From: Octopus sinensis
Lineage: Eukaryota
Assembly: GCF_006345805.1 (NCBI RefSeq)
Contig: NC_043021.1
Span: 9,734,001-9,798,000 of the forward strand
Length of the DNA: 64,000 nt
Direction of reading: 5' to 3'
Part shown: piece by piece, positions 24,422 to 36,913 of the stretch
Position numbering within the stretch: the stretch's first letter is position 1
Layout of the letters: every line of letters starts with the position of its first letter
Notes under the pieces: model-generated
The model's input: only the letters and a program-made list of their open reading frames with translations
Databases searched by the model: none
What the model was told of the DNA's origin: nothing
Translations under genes and position numbers: made by a program

Positions 24422-26067
24422 AATATGCTTCAACACACGAAATCACATAAAGAATCTTACAAACCAAATTCAAAGATGAAATATAATATATTTATTCATT
24501 CACAAATCATTGGATGGCCTGGAGGAGCTGAAGTAGAAGACACTCAACATGCCATGCAAGGGAACTGATCCTGAAACCTCATAGTTACAAAGTGAGCTTC
24601 TTAACTCCACAGCCACTTTGCATGGTTGGTACAAATTCTGACCAACCTGCTTGAGAATTATTTTCCTTTCATCTTCATTAACTTTTCTGGCAGAACAGTG
24701 TGCAACTTATTAACCTTCTTGATTATTGTGGAAGCACTCCGTCGGTTACGATGATGAGGGTTCTGGTTGATCCGAATCAACGGAACAGCCTGCCCGTGAA
24801 ATTAACGTGTAAGTGGCTGAACACTCCACAGACACGTGCACCCTTAACGTAGTTCTCGGGGATATTCAGCGTGACACAGAGAGTGACAAGGCCGGCCCCT
24901 TGAAATACAGGCACAACAGAAACAGGAAGTAAGAGTGAGAGAAAGTTGTGGTGAAAGAGTACAGCAGGGATCACCACCATCCCCTGCCGGAGCCTCGTGG
25001 AGCTTTAGGTGTTTTCGCTCAATAAACACTCACAACGCCCGGTCTGGGAATTGAAACCGCGAGTCCACTGCCCTAACCACTGGGCCATTGCGCCTCCTCT
25101 TGATTATTATCAAGAGTTCCAAACGAATATCTTTCAGTTCAGTTCTTTTAAAATATCTTTGTTTGTATGGTTCATTTTATTTCAGTCGTATTTGGTGTTT
25201 GAAACAGGAAAAAAAAAACAACACAGGCCTCTCTTCTCTGTCTGTTACATCCTGGTCGTATACAGCTGGGTCAAGCTGAGTGGGCCAAGACAATGTCTGT
25301 GTGTCTTCATGAATAAACACTTAAAACAATTAACAAAAGCATAATACATGTTCAGTCTTACTTGCTTGTGAATTATGGGTATGGGGTTTCTATTGGATCA
25401 TCCATGAATAATGCATTTTTCTTATACTTCATGATGATGATCATCATCATCGTTTAACGTCCGTTTTCCACTCTAGCACGGATTGGACGGTTCGACCGGG
25501 GTCTGGGAAGCCAGGGGCTGCACCAGGCCCCAGTCTGATCTGGCAGAGTTTCTACAGCTGGATGCCCTTCCTAATGCCAACCACTCCGCGAGTGTAGTGG
25601 GTGCCTTTTACGTGCCACCTGCACAGGTGCCAGGGGGGTCTGGCATCGGCCACGATCGGTTGGAGCTTTTAACGTGCCACCGGCACGGAAGCCAGCCAAG
25701 GTGGCGCTGGCAATGGCCACGTTCAGACAGTGCTTTTTATGTGCCATCGGCACAGAAGCCAGTCGGGGCGGCGCTGGCATTGGTTACGTTCGGATGGTGC
25801 TTTTTATGTGCCATCGGCACAGAAGCCAGTCGAGGTGACGCTGGCAACGGCCACGTACGGATGGTGCTTTTTATGTGCCACCGGCACAGGTATCACAACT
25901 ACTATTTCCATTGATATTTATTTCGATGTTCATGTTCATGTACTTCGAAATAAATATCAATGGAAATAGTAGTTGTGATACCTGTGCCGGTGGCACTTGC
26001 GATAAACAAAGTTCGTTTTCAGTCTAAAATATACTCTCCTTCATTTTCTTCAATGCTCTTCCATCTA

Positions 26068-26505
26068 AATTATTTACATTTGACAGATATTTATCCTCAT
26101 CTTATTTGTTGTTAACACGTTTCGGCTGATATACCCTCCAGCCTTCACCAGGTGTCTTTTGGAAATTTCAAACCTGGGTTCTCATTCTTAATGTATTTTT
26201 CGATATTATTATTATTATTATTATTCAGTTCTATATTTAAGGGATGAGGAATTATGTACATTATTTACATTTGACGAATATTTGTCTTCATCTTGTTTGT
26301 TGTTAACACAATTCGGCTGATATACCCTCCAGCTTTCATCAGGTGCCTTGGGGAAATTTCAAACCTGGGTTCTCATTCCTAAGACACCTGATGAAGGCTG
26401 GAGGGTATATCAGCTGAAACATTGTGTTAACAGTAAACAAGATGAGGACAAATATCCGTTGAATGTAAATAAGGTACATAATTCCTCATCTCTTAAATAT
26501 AGAAC
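26068..26505. mobile_element. Penelope-like composite (partial direct repeat + (TTA)n + palindrome) with 14-bp TSD
   Basis: TGCTCTTCCATCTA at 26054-26067 and 26506-26519; palindrome 26226-26507; three CTG(A/G)TGA...GAA motifs. Confidence 0.65.
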
Positions 26506-27112
26506 TGCTCTTCCATCTATCTGGTAGGCTTGCAAGGCCCCTCTTCCAAAATTCACTTGTCCATAATGAAAAATATTCTTCCAGTACTGTTCTGACCTCA
26601 TCTTACAGAATTCATATATTTTCTGTCAAAATGATTTTCAAGACTGAGGAAAAAATGATAATCAGATGGAGCAACGTCTGGTGAATACGGTGGGTGGGGC
26701 ATCATTTCCCATTCAAACTGCTCCAGTCTTTGGAATGTCATCCTCAATGTATGTGGCCAAGCATTAACCTGATATGAAAAGAACAGCTTTTACATGCTTC
26801 TAGCACAGGAGCCAGCCCAGCAGCAGAGGCAACAACCATGCTCAAATGTTGTTTTTCGCGATATACATATATATATATATATATATGTGTCTGTTCCCTC
26901 CCACCATCACTTAGAAACCAATGCTGGTGTGTTTACATCCCTGTAACTTAGCAGTTCAGCATAAGACATAGATAGATAGAATAAGCACCAAGCTTATAAA
27001 GAATAAGTTCATGGGTCAATTTCTTCAACTAAAAGGTGGTGCTCCAGCATGGCCACAATCAAATGACTGAAACATGTAACAGTAATATATATTTATATAT
27101 GTATATATATAT

Positions 27113-27143
27113 ATATATAATCATATATGTAAATACATACATG

Positions 27144-27175
<32 letters not shown>

Positions 27176-28254
27176 CACACATGTATATCATCATCATCAT
27201 TAAACGTCCGTTTTCCATGCTGGCATGGGTTGGACAGTTTGATTGGGGACTGGCAAGCCAAGAGGCATCACCAGGCTCCAATCTGATCTGGCAAAGTTTC
27301 TACAGCTGGATGCCTTTCTTAACGCCAACCACTCCAAGTGTAGTGGTGCTTTTTACATGCCACCGCCACGGGAGCCAGTCAAGTGGCACTGGCATATATA
27401 TATATATACTAGCTGGACCCGTGGAAAATTCACGGAAAACATAAAAAATGTAAGCATCTGTAAACAGTGTACTGGTGCCATGAGAAATGTTTGTATATCA
27501 TGACCGTCTGTCTTTACGTTCTGAGTTCAAATTCTGCTGAGGTCAACTTTGCCTTTCGTCCTTGATAAATTAAGTGCCAGTTGTGTATTGGAGTTGATCT
27601 AATCAACTGGTCCCCTCCCCACAAAAATTTCAAGCCTAGAAAAGTATATTGTTACAATTACAGAATATAGAATGTGATGTAATACCAACGACTATATATG
27701 CATGTGTATATATATATATTATAGCCCCAAGCCGACCAAAGTCTTGTGAGTGGATTTCGTACATGGAAACTGAAAGAAGACTATTGTATGTTTGTATCCC
27801 CACCATTACTTGACAACCGATGTTGCTGTGTTTACGTTCCCATAACTTAGCAGTTCGGCAAGACATTAGGCTTACAAAGAATAAATCTTGTGGTCAATTT
27901 GTTCAACCAATGACAGTGCTCCAGCATGGCCAGTCACGACTGAAAAAGTAAAATAAATATACCAGTTTAATCCCAAGCAAGGTTTAAAAAAAAAAAATTA
28001 ATAAATACTGGGTCAATTCAGTAGACCCAAAAATCTTCAATGCAGTGCCCCAGCAAGTGAAAAAAGCCATCAAATATCTCTTAACTGAGCAAGAGTCAAA
28101 TCTTTTAGTGGTGGCCATATTGAAGCAAAAAAAGTATCAAATGTATTTCCTGATGTATAATTAACATTAAGGGAATCACCAGGAATTGTGGCTGCTATTT
28201 CTAGCATGAAAGGTGAGTCTTACATATATAATCATATATGTAAATACATACATG

Positions 28255-28286
<32 letters not shown>

Positions 28287-29317
28287 CACACATGTATATC
28301 ATCATCATCATTAAACGTCCGTTTTCCATGCTGGCATGGGTTGGACAGTTTGATTGGGGACTGGCAAGCCAAGAGGCATCACCAGGCTCCAATCTGATCT
28401 GGCAAAGTTTCTACAGCTGGATGCCTTTCTTAACGCCAACCACTCCAAGTGTAGTGGGTGCTTTTTACATGCCACCGCCACGGGAGCCAGTCAAGTGGCA
28501 CTGGCATATATATATATATACTAGCTGGACCCGTGGAAAATTCACGGAAAACATAAAAAATGTAAGCATCTGTAAACAGTGTACTGGTGCCATGAGAAAT
28601 GTTTGTATATCATGACCGTCTGTCTTTACGTTCTGAGTTCAAATTCTGCTGAGGTCAACTTTGCCTTTCGTCCTTGATAAATTAAGTGCCAGTTGTGTAT
28701 TGGAGTTGATCTAATCAACTGGTCCCCTCCCCACAAAAATTCAAGCCTAGAAAAGTATATTGTTACAATTACAGAATATAGAATGTGATGTAATACCAAC
28801 GACTATATATGCATGTGTATATATATATTATAGCCCCAAGCCGACCAAAGTCTTGTGAGTGGATTTCGTACATGGAAACTGAAAGAAGACTATTGTATGT
28901 TTGTATCCCCACCATTACTTGACAACCGATGTTGCTGTGTTTACGTTCCCATAACTTAGCAGTTCGGCAAGACATTAGGCTTACAAAGAATAAATCTTGT
29001 GGTCAATTTGTTCAACCAATGACAGTGCTCCAGCATGGCCAGTCACGACTGAAACAAGTAAAATAAATATACCAGTTTAATCCCAAGCAAGGTTTAAAAA
29101 AAAAAAATTAATAAATACTGGGTCAATTCAGTAGACCCAAAAATCTTCAATGCAGTGCCCCAGCAAGTGAAAAAAGCCATCAAATATCTCTTAACTGAGC
29201 AAGAGTCAAATCTTTTAGTGGTGGCCATATTGAAGCAAAAAAAGTATCAAATGTATTTCCTGATGTATAATTAACATTAAGGGAATCACCAGGAATTGTG
29301 GCTGCTATTTCTAGCAT
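27113..29317 (+). repeat. ~1.11-kb tandem duplication
   Basis: Copies ~27113-28207 and ~28224-29317 differ only by small indels on my read-through; 16-nt filler GAAAGGTGAGTCTTAC between them. Confidence 0.9.
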
Positions 29318-32202
29318 ATCCTTTACCGGGGGATCTAGTTTTTTTCATTCACAAAATATGCATCTTTTGAAAGACAGTAAAAGATTTGAAAACTAGCTAT
29401 AATAATGTAGCCTTCATGTCTCATTGCTCTGAATGTATGATCTGGAGAATAAAGCCAGGTTTTAAAAAAATATTTTTAGCCAATAGCAAGACAAATTTTT
29501 AGCATTTAGGGGAGCAGTGTCAACTTTAAGAGGCTGTAACCTGTGAAATCTCTTGTTTAGCGTCTGACCTGTTCATTGTAGGTTTCTAAATAAACAGAAA
29601 TACCGAATAAAATCAACAAGTATCACCTTACTGTTTCTTTTGTCTCTTCAGTGATTACTCCTTTACATGTTTCAGTCATTTGACAGCAGCCATGCTGGAG
29701 CACCACCTTTACTCGAGCAAATCGACCCCGGGACTTATTCTTTGTAAGCCCAGTACTTATTCGATCGGTCTCTTTTGCCGACCGCTAAGTGACGGGTCGT
29801 AAACACACCAGCATCGGTTGTCAAGCAATGCTAGGGGGACAAACACATACATATATATATACATATATACGACAGGCTTCTTTCAGTTTCCGTCTACCAA
29901 ATCCACTCATAAGGCATTGGTCGGCCTGGGGCTATAGCAGAAACTTGCCCAAGGTGCCATGCAGCAAGAGACTTACCATACAGCCACTCCTGCGCCTATG
30001 GTTTTATTTACTGTTATATTTTTATTTGTCTGCATGTGTTTATGCTTATTTCAGCATTATGTATTTGTGGATGTATGTATTCATATAATTTTATATGTAC
30101 ATTTATGCATGTGTGTGTATGAAGGAAGCGTTTATCTCCTAAACTCCAAAAGTTGAACATTTTCATGCTTTGATTTGTAAACTATGATAAGAATAACACT
30201 GGTCAACAAAGCATTTGTCCCAAGAAAAAGAATACATGTATCTTATATGATTTTACATGCGCAATTCCAAAATAATGTCAAATTATCTGTATCACCCACA
30301 GTTTCTCTGTTCCACAATATACCTCTCAGGTCCTGTTACGTGGGCTAAATTTCAGTTAAGCTGTTGAAATGTGAAGCTAATGGTGTAGGAAAAACTTAGT
30401 GAAAACATAAATCAAGCAGAGTCCCAAAAAAATACGAGAATAGTAAAAATAACACAGAAAAATTAAAACAAAAATATGCAGGTGAAAAGTATCTCATGGT
30501 GTGAATAATCAAGTGTGAAAAAAAAAAAAAAAAAAAAAATCAATAGTGAACCACAACACAGCATGCAGTTGTCATGGTAACAAGCTAATGCCATGCTGTT
30601 TGGCTAAAATTACCAAACATGTAATCTCAAATAACATCAGATTCTTCAATTTACAAGATAAAGTAATTGGTTGATCATAATCGAAATTCAGAGTAGCATT
30701 GATACAACAAAATTAAGGAGGGCTCATTTTGCCAATGAGAAAGACTAGATCCAAAATGGGTGTTTGGAATACCATTAAAATATGAAGCCCTCCCCTATTT
30801 GCAATGCCTTTTTAGCACTCAGAAGAACTCTCAGACTGGAGATTTTAGTGATGCAATCATATTCCTAGAATGGTACTGGGTAGGTGCAAGAGGCTGGATC
30901 TGACCAACTAGTACCTAAAACAGGTAGAACGTTTTGGCCTATGGCTGGTTTTAGTCCAAACTGCTGAATATATCCAAAGATTTCTATCTTGTAAAAAATA
31001 CCTTTAACGAATAGATGTGGCTGTGTGATTATTAAGTTGCTCCCAACCACAGTTTTGGTCTCACTGCCAGTGTGTTAGCACCTTGAATGCCATAGTAATC
31101 CCAGGTTGAATAAAGCCATGCAAATGGATTCAGTTGTCAAACTGAAAGCCTGTTACGTGTACATTTGCCTCCTCTTGACATATTGCCAATATTATGAAAA
31201 CACGACAGCATTATTAGCCTGCTTGGTGGAAAGAGTTGGTGATAGGAAGGGCATCCAGTTGTAAAAAGCCTGCCTTTGATAAACTAAGCATGGAAAATTG
31301 GAGGTTAAAATGGCAGACCAAACACTGCCTTTCAACCTTCTAGAGAACATATCTTCCAATTTAAGGTGTAGAGTCTCAAAGAATAGCTCGTGAGAAATTT
31401 ATGGCTATCATCTAACAGGTACTGGCTGATATTTTGACATGAAATGTTATCTTTGTACATTCTGATTCTGCACCATAGCCATTTACCAGACAGCCTTGGG
31501 TTAAAGAATTTAGTAGAAACCATTGTAGTATATGTGCCCGATTGTGACCCAAGTCCATGCTTGTCATTAAATCTGGTGACAGAATTTCAAATCTTTGAAT
31601 ATGGTGCAGACATTGAAGAATTGCCAAATATATTTAGAGATGAAGCTGGTACATAAATGTGAAAAGGTTTTATTCAATATTTGTCCTTTGGGTAGCAGCA
31701 TGTGCATTTTCGTGTCAATTCATTGTAAATTTCTTCCCATCGGTCAGCAACGTTTTACTTTGTTGAAATCTTATTCAGGTTTTGGTCCATTTAAGTTACA
31801 TCCGGCTAATAATTACCAATTCATCCGTTTAGTCAACACTCTTGCTAGAAATAAGTCATACCATATTAAAAAATACTTTTGCACATTTACCGATCCGTTT
31901 GCAGAAGCCACATCAAAATCTATTATTGGTTGCAACTCCATATCAGATGTGGCAATATAAATGGTAAGCAGTGCAAATAATAAACTGCTCGAATATCGCT
32001 CGTTAGCCAAAAAATGCATCACCAGAATTCGTAGATTTTAATACACATTCCCTTTAAGGAACATGACAATCCTCAGTGGTGCCCTATACATAACTCAAGA
32101 ACTTGGTTAGAAAAATTCCGTGTACAAAAAGAAAAACCCACAAGATAAATTTTAAGCAAGCATCATGCAACATCAACACAAACAACAAAATATTATGAAA
32201 TT

Positions 32203-32208
32203 TTTATT
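32203..32208 (-). terminator. Candidate HSP90 polyadenylation signal (AATAAA)
   Basis: AATAAA ~430 nt past the stop, followed by a TG/T-rich stretch on the minus strand. Confidence 0.6.
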
Positions 32209-32640
32209 TAGGAAACATTTGAACAAATATACAATGGAATTCAGTGCAGTTAATGCTTACACCAAGCAAATAAATAACTGAGTAGGTGCCAGCTGTCAAA
32301 GACTTCCGAGATGGAGGTCACAAGAGAGCCATCCATCCATTAACATATAAGACAAAACAAGATTCAGCAAATAATTGAGATGTCTGAAGAACTACAAATT
32401 TGTTGTTAATTGAGAAGAGTTCTTGAAGTATGGTAACTAATGTTAACAAGCAATGTTGGTTAGTTTTCATAGAAAACAGCTTAGTGTTTGAAAGCATCTG
32501 AGATAAACAATTCCACCAGGTTTTACTAAATTCTGACCACCTGGTCATTGAAATATGGAAATGAAAAGGAAAATGTACAAGGAATGAACCATCATTCTTC
32601 ATAAGTCTCAATTAGCTAATAAATGTCTCTTGTGAAATAA

Positions 32641-33084
32641 TTAATCAACCTCTTCCATTTTAGATAAATCATCATCTCCCTCTAACGCTGGCATATCGGC
32701 ATCATTCTCTACAGGTGCATTCTCTTCCATTATTTCCTCTTCGTCCAAACCAAGACCAAAGCTAATCATTCGATGAATACGACAGGCATGTGATTGTGGG
32801 TTATCAAGATTGAAACCTGACGACAACAGAGAGGTTTCATACATTAAGATTACAAAGTCTTTCACAGTTTTGTCGTTTTTGTCACTATCTACTTTGCTCT
32901 TTAATGCCTTAATGATGGAATGATCAGGGTTTACTTCCAAATGTTTCTTAGCAGCCATGTAACCCATGGTTGAAGTATCTCTCAAAGCTTGAGCTTTCAT
33001 GATACGTTCCATGTTCGCTGACCAACCATACTGACTAGTGACAATACAGCAGGGAGAGTCCACCAATCTGTTTGATACAACAAC
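32641..33084 (-). CDS. HSP90: HSP90 terminal coding exon (MEEVD)
   Basis: [36 protein letters not shown]...SKMEEVD*; MEEVD marks cytosolic HSP90; total 713 aa. Confidence 0.97.
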   Translation of the reverse strand, partial: VVVSNRLVDSPCCIVTSQYGWSANMERIMKAQALRDTSTMGYMAAKKHLEVNPDHSIIKALKSKVDSDKNDKTVKDFVILMYETSLLSSGFNLDNPQSHACRIHRMISFGLGLDEEEIMEENAPVENDADMPALEGDDDLSKMEEVD

Positions 33085-33201
33085 CTGCAACATACAGAGG
33101 AAACAATAATTCAAGTTAGTCATGGAGAACATAAAACAAAAAAAAAAATCACCAACAATTTTATAATTTAGCAACTAAACGAAATTTAAACTACTACCAA
33201 C

Positions 33202-33470
33202 CTTCTCGACCTTTTTGTCCAGAATGTCTTTGATAACTTTACACAAGCCTTCGTATGCTGTCTTATCCTCCTCCAGCTTCTTTTTAGACTCCTCATCGTC
33301 AGGAAGTTCCAAACCCTCTTTGGTAACACACACCAGCTGTTTGCCTTCATATTCCTTCAATTGTTGAGCAGCATATTCATCAATTGGGTCTACCATATAG
33401 ACCACTTCACAGCCAGATTTCTTTACTTTCTCAACAAAGGCAGAGTTCTTAACAGCCTCCCTGGTCTCAC
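33202..33470 (-). CDS. HSP90: HSP90 coding exon 5
   Basis: [16 protein letters not shown]...[17 protein letters not shown]...ILDKKVEK; the phase 1 start matches exon 4. Confidence 0.96.
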
Positions 33471-33563
33471 CTGTATAACGAGATGCAACAGAACAAGCAT
33501 TACAACTACATGTATACATGGATTACAGGCAACGGTGAAACAAATAATAGCACTGATACTCAC

Positions 33564-33711
33564 CAGTAATGTAATAGATATGTTTCTGGTTCTCCTTCAT
33601 GCGAGATACATAATCTTTAAGAGAAGACATTTCATCACCAGAGCTGGATGTGTGATAACGGAGGAAATCAGCCAACTTCTTTCTGTTTGTATGATCTTCA
33701 TGAATACCAAG
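33564..33711 (-). CDS. HSP90: HSP90 coding exon 4
   Basis: [49 protein letters not shown]; TAG acceptor, GTGAGT donor. Confidence 0.96.
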
Positions 33712-33830
33712 CTATTGAAAAACAGCAACAGATAGCCACATGAGTTACAGCAAAGAAAAACTTCATTCAGTGCATCACTACGTTAACAATATCAAAGATT
33801 AAAAATAGAAATCTTTAAAACTGAACTCAC

Positions 33831-34187
33831 CTTCAAATTCTTTGAAAATTGTTCATAAAATTTCTTGTATTCATCTTTGTTCTCAGCAACTGATTCAAAC
33901 AACTCAACACATTTCTTTACTAAATGTTTCCTAATCACTTTCAGGATCTTGCTCTGTTGCAGAGTCTCACGAGAAATGTTCAGGGGCAAGTCTTCAGAAT
34001 CTACAACACCTTTGATGAAGTTCAAGTATTCTGGGATCAAGTCTTCACAGTTGTCCATGATAAATACTCTGCGTACATACAACTTAATGTTGTTCTTTTT
34101 CTTCTTATTCTCAAACATATCGAAAGGAGCTCTTTTGGGGACAAATAGCAATGCCCGGAACTCCAGTTGACCCTCAACAGAGAAATG
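33831..34187 (-). CDS. HSP90: HSP90 coding exon 3
   Basis: [23 protein letters not shown]...[10 protein letters not shown]...[15 protein letters not shown]; 119 aa. Confidence 0.97.
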
Positions 34188-34310
34188 CTGCAAAACACAA
34201 AAATAACCAGGATCATTACAGAAATTTTCTTTTTTTAAATCAAAACTTAAAAATCATTCAAAGTGAAGCCATTCGAATAAAAATAATTTTAACCAAATGA
34301 ATCAACTCAC

Positions 34311-34520
34311 CTTAACAGCAAGATGTTCTTCCCAATCGTTGGTCAACGACTTATAGAATTCCCCATACTCTTCATTTTTAATATCATCAGGGTTCCTACT
34401 CCAGATGGGTTTAGTTTTGTTCAATTCTTCATCTTCAAAGTATTTTTCTTTGATGCTCTTCTTTTTCTTGCCTTTTGAGGTCTCTTCATCTTCTACATCT
34501 TCAATCTTAATCTTGTCTTC
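34311..34520 (-). CDS. HSP90: HSP90 coding exon 2
   Basis: [10 protein letters not shown]...[15 protein letters not shown]...[13 protein letters not shown]; AG/GT borders; 70 aa. Confidence 0.96.
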
Positions 34521-34620
34521 CTGTTAAGGACAATAGAAAATTAAATGTCACACTGATAGAACATTAATAATTAGACACCAATTAGATAATAACTCAACAA
34601 TAACCAGAAATATTACTTAC

Positions 34621-35334
34621 ACCTTCCTCCTCTTTGTCTTCTTTCTTTTCTTCTTCCTCTTCGTCATCAGATACTTCCTTGCTTCGTTCCTTCTCAACAA
34701 CCAGTTTGATGGGATAACCAATGAACTGACTGTGTTTCTTTACCACCTCTTTGATACGTTTCTCTTCCAGGTATTCAGCCTGGTCTTCCTTCAGGTACAG
34801 AGTGATCTTGGTACCACGGCCAAGTTTTTCACTGGTTGAAGTCTTAATGGTGAAAGTACCACCAGCAGACGACTCCCAGGTATGTTGGTCATCATCATTA
34901 TGTTTAGATTCAACAATCACTTTGTCAGCAACCAAGTAAGCAGAATAGAAACCGACACCAAACTGACCAATCATAGAAATATCAGCACCAGACTGCAGAG
35001 CTTCCATGAAAGCTTTAGTACCAGACTTAGCAATGGTACCCAGGTTGTTGACCATATCAGCCTTGGTCATGCCGATACCGGTGTCAATAATGGTCAATGT
35101 GTTATCCTCCTTGTTGGGGATGATCTTGATGTATAATTCCTTGCCGCTGTCTAGCTTGGACGGGTCAGTCAAAGACTCGTATCTGATCTTGTCAAGAGCA
35201 TCAGAAGAGTTGGAAATCAACTCCCTGAGAAAGATTTCTTTGTTGGAATAGAAAGTGTTGATGATCAAGCTCATCAACTGAGCAATTTCAGCCTGGAAGG
35301 CGAATACTTCTCCATCAGCAGTTTCAGTTGACAT
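34621..35334 (-). CDS. HSP90: Cytosolic HSP90, coding exon 1 (ATPase domain)
   Basis: [51 protein letters not shown]...[16 protein letters not shown]; GGT|GTAAGT donor; 238 aa. Confidence 0.97.
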
Positions 35335-36531
35335 CTGCAACAAATGAATTTACAATGAGTGTAAAAGGGAAGAATCCATCCATGCATTGTAACATTAAGG
35401 GGAGGGGGGGCCAATTCTGTCAGCATGCAACAAGTGTAAACTGTTCTCAAATAACACTGGACCGAAACGTCTAACAGGATCGATAACTACCATGTTGCTT
35501 CCACAGACAACATTAACCACCATCCCAGTCAACCCACCCCACCCATTAACTGCCATCTATTATCCTTCCTACTACTTGTGCAGTGTTTTTCACACACACA
35601 CCAGACACCCTTTAACGAATCCAAATATCGTAGTACTACTTTTTATAAGGAACTTCAAAAAAAAATTTTTTTTATCACACATTTAAAAAAAAAAAAAAAA
35701 AATGGCTTATATAAATCCATATGAATACGAAAACTACCAAACTGTCTCACAATCCAGAAACAATATTGTCTTCGATGAATGAGAGAGACTGAAAAGATAA
35801 AAGTTCTGCCGGACGAGATTCCGCCCCCCCCCCCTTACATTCTCGAAACTACGGTGCGGCGCAGGGGTGTAGGTTGGGGGCTTCTCCCCTCCTCAAAATC
35901 GCACGACCTTAATTGCTGTAATCTATTGAAATAGATCAGATTTATCACAGTTTTATGGTTAATGTTTCAGGTTTATGCTCATACCATCGATACCAACGAA
36001 TGATCTAACTGCAAATACTTTGAAAGTAGGGCAGTAACCAAAATTGAACCTTAATTTAAAGATTTTTTTTATTAAAAATCATGAGACCCACTAAGATAGG
36101 AGTGTCCTGGATAGCTTAAAAATTCGGGGGGGGGGGTCACCAAATCGGAACACCCATAAATAAAACCACAATGTTTTTTTTTCTTTTCCTTTGTGGAAAA
36201 AAAGCCGGAAAATTTCTAAGACAATTCCTATATAAATTGAAATTTCTTTGTACCCACCCTTCATTAATGAAGTTACAATAGAAATCCTTTATATAACCAG
36301 AGGTAATTCCTTTCTCAATGCTTATTGAAGCAAAAAAAAAAAAAAATTCAATATTTGAAAACAAAGACAAAAACGCCGACAAAATGAAAAAAACGTTGAA
36401 AGGCAAAAAAAATATGGAAATTCTTGACGGTTAATTTGGAAATTGTGATCTAGTATTTTCTAAAAAAAAGTATGCAATAATTGGAATTTTAAAAAAAGTA
36501 AAAAGAATAATTGCGGAATTAATTTTCTTAC

Positions 36532-36623
36532 CTTGAAAATTTTTAATGAATTATGATAGGAATTAGGGTGAGATAAAAAGTTTGAATGACGAGCCAAGCA
36601 ACAGCGACGCACTCGATTTGAAT
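36532..36623 (-). other. HSP90: HSP90 non-coding exon 1 (5' UTR)
   Basis: Starts at Inr-like TCATTC (A at 36623), has no ATG, ends AAG|GTAAGA near 36531. The start codon follows the next acceptor directly (CAG|ATG). Confidence 0.75.
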
Positions 36624-36649
36624 GAGAGTGTCGCACGAGGGACCAAGCC

Positions 36650-36656
36650 TTTTATA
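36650..36656 (-). promoter_or_regulatory. HSP90 TATA box
   Basis: TATAAAA 33 nt upstream of the Inr-like A. Confidence 0.8.
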
Positions 36657-36683
36657 TGGCCTCGTATTGATTCGCCGAGTAAG

Positions 36684-36733
36684 CTTCTAGATTGTTCTAG
36701 AAGCTTCTAGATTGTTCTGGTAGCTTCTAGAAG
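36684..36733. promoter_or_regulatory. Heat-shock element, 10 contiguous nGAAn/nTTCn pentamers
   Basis: cTTCt aGATt gTTCt aGAAg cTTCt aGATt gTTCt gGTAg cTTCt aGAAg; 7 perfect and 3 single-mismatch units, 28 bp upstream of TATA. Confidence 0.88.
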
Positions 36734-36893
36734 GATCCATCAATAATTCGCGGAAATTTCATTATAAAGGTTACTGTTTACGGTGATATTTTATTATCTG
36801 AAACTATTGAATGAGTTTTTTGCGTTATTTAAGTTTAATCTCAGGGAGATTTTCTAATTCGAATGTGGGAATATTTCGAGCCGAAGAACTGCT

Positions 36894-36913
36894 CTTCCGG
36901 TTTAAACGGAAGT
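36894..36913. promoter_or_regulatory. Inverted pair of ETS-like sites (CTTCCGG...CGGAAGT)
   Basis: Near-palindrome cttccggtttaaacggaag ~240 bp upstream of the HSP90 TATA; motif match only. Confidence 0.35.

Noticed and set aside
31330-32030. Several 60-120 aa ORFs downstream of HSP90
   Set aside because: No recognisable motif or consistent splice pattern; possibly extended 3' UTR or decayed repeat.
33361-35251. Plus-strand ORFs overlapping HSP90
   Set aside because: In-register antisense shadows of the HSP90 CDS.
35335-36531. Possible snoRNA in HSP90 intron 1
   Set aside because: No RTGATGA/CTGA pair with a terminal stem was found by eye; an Infernal or snoscan search would be needed.
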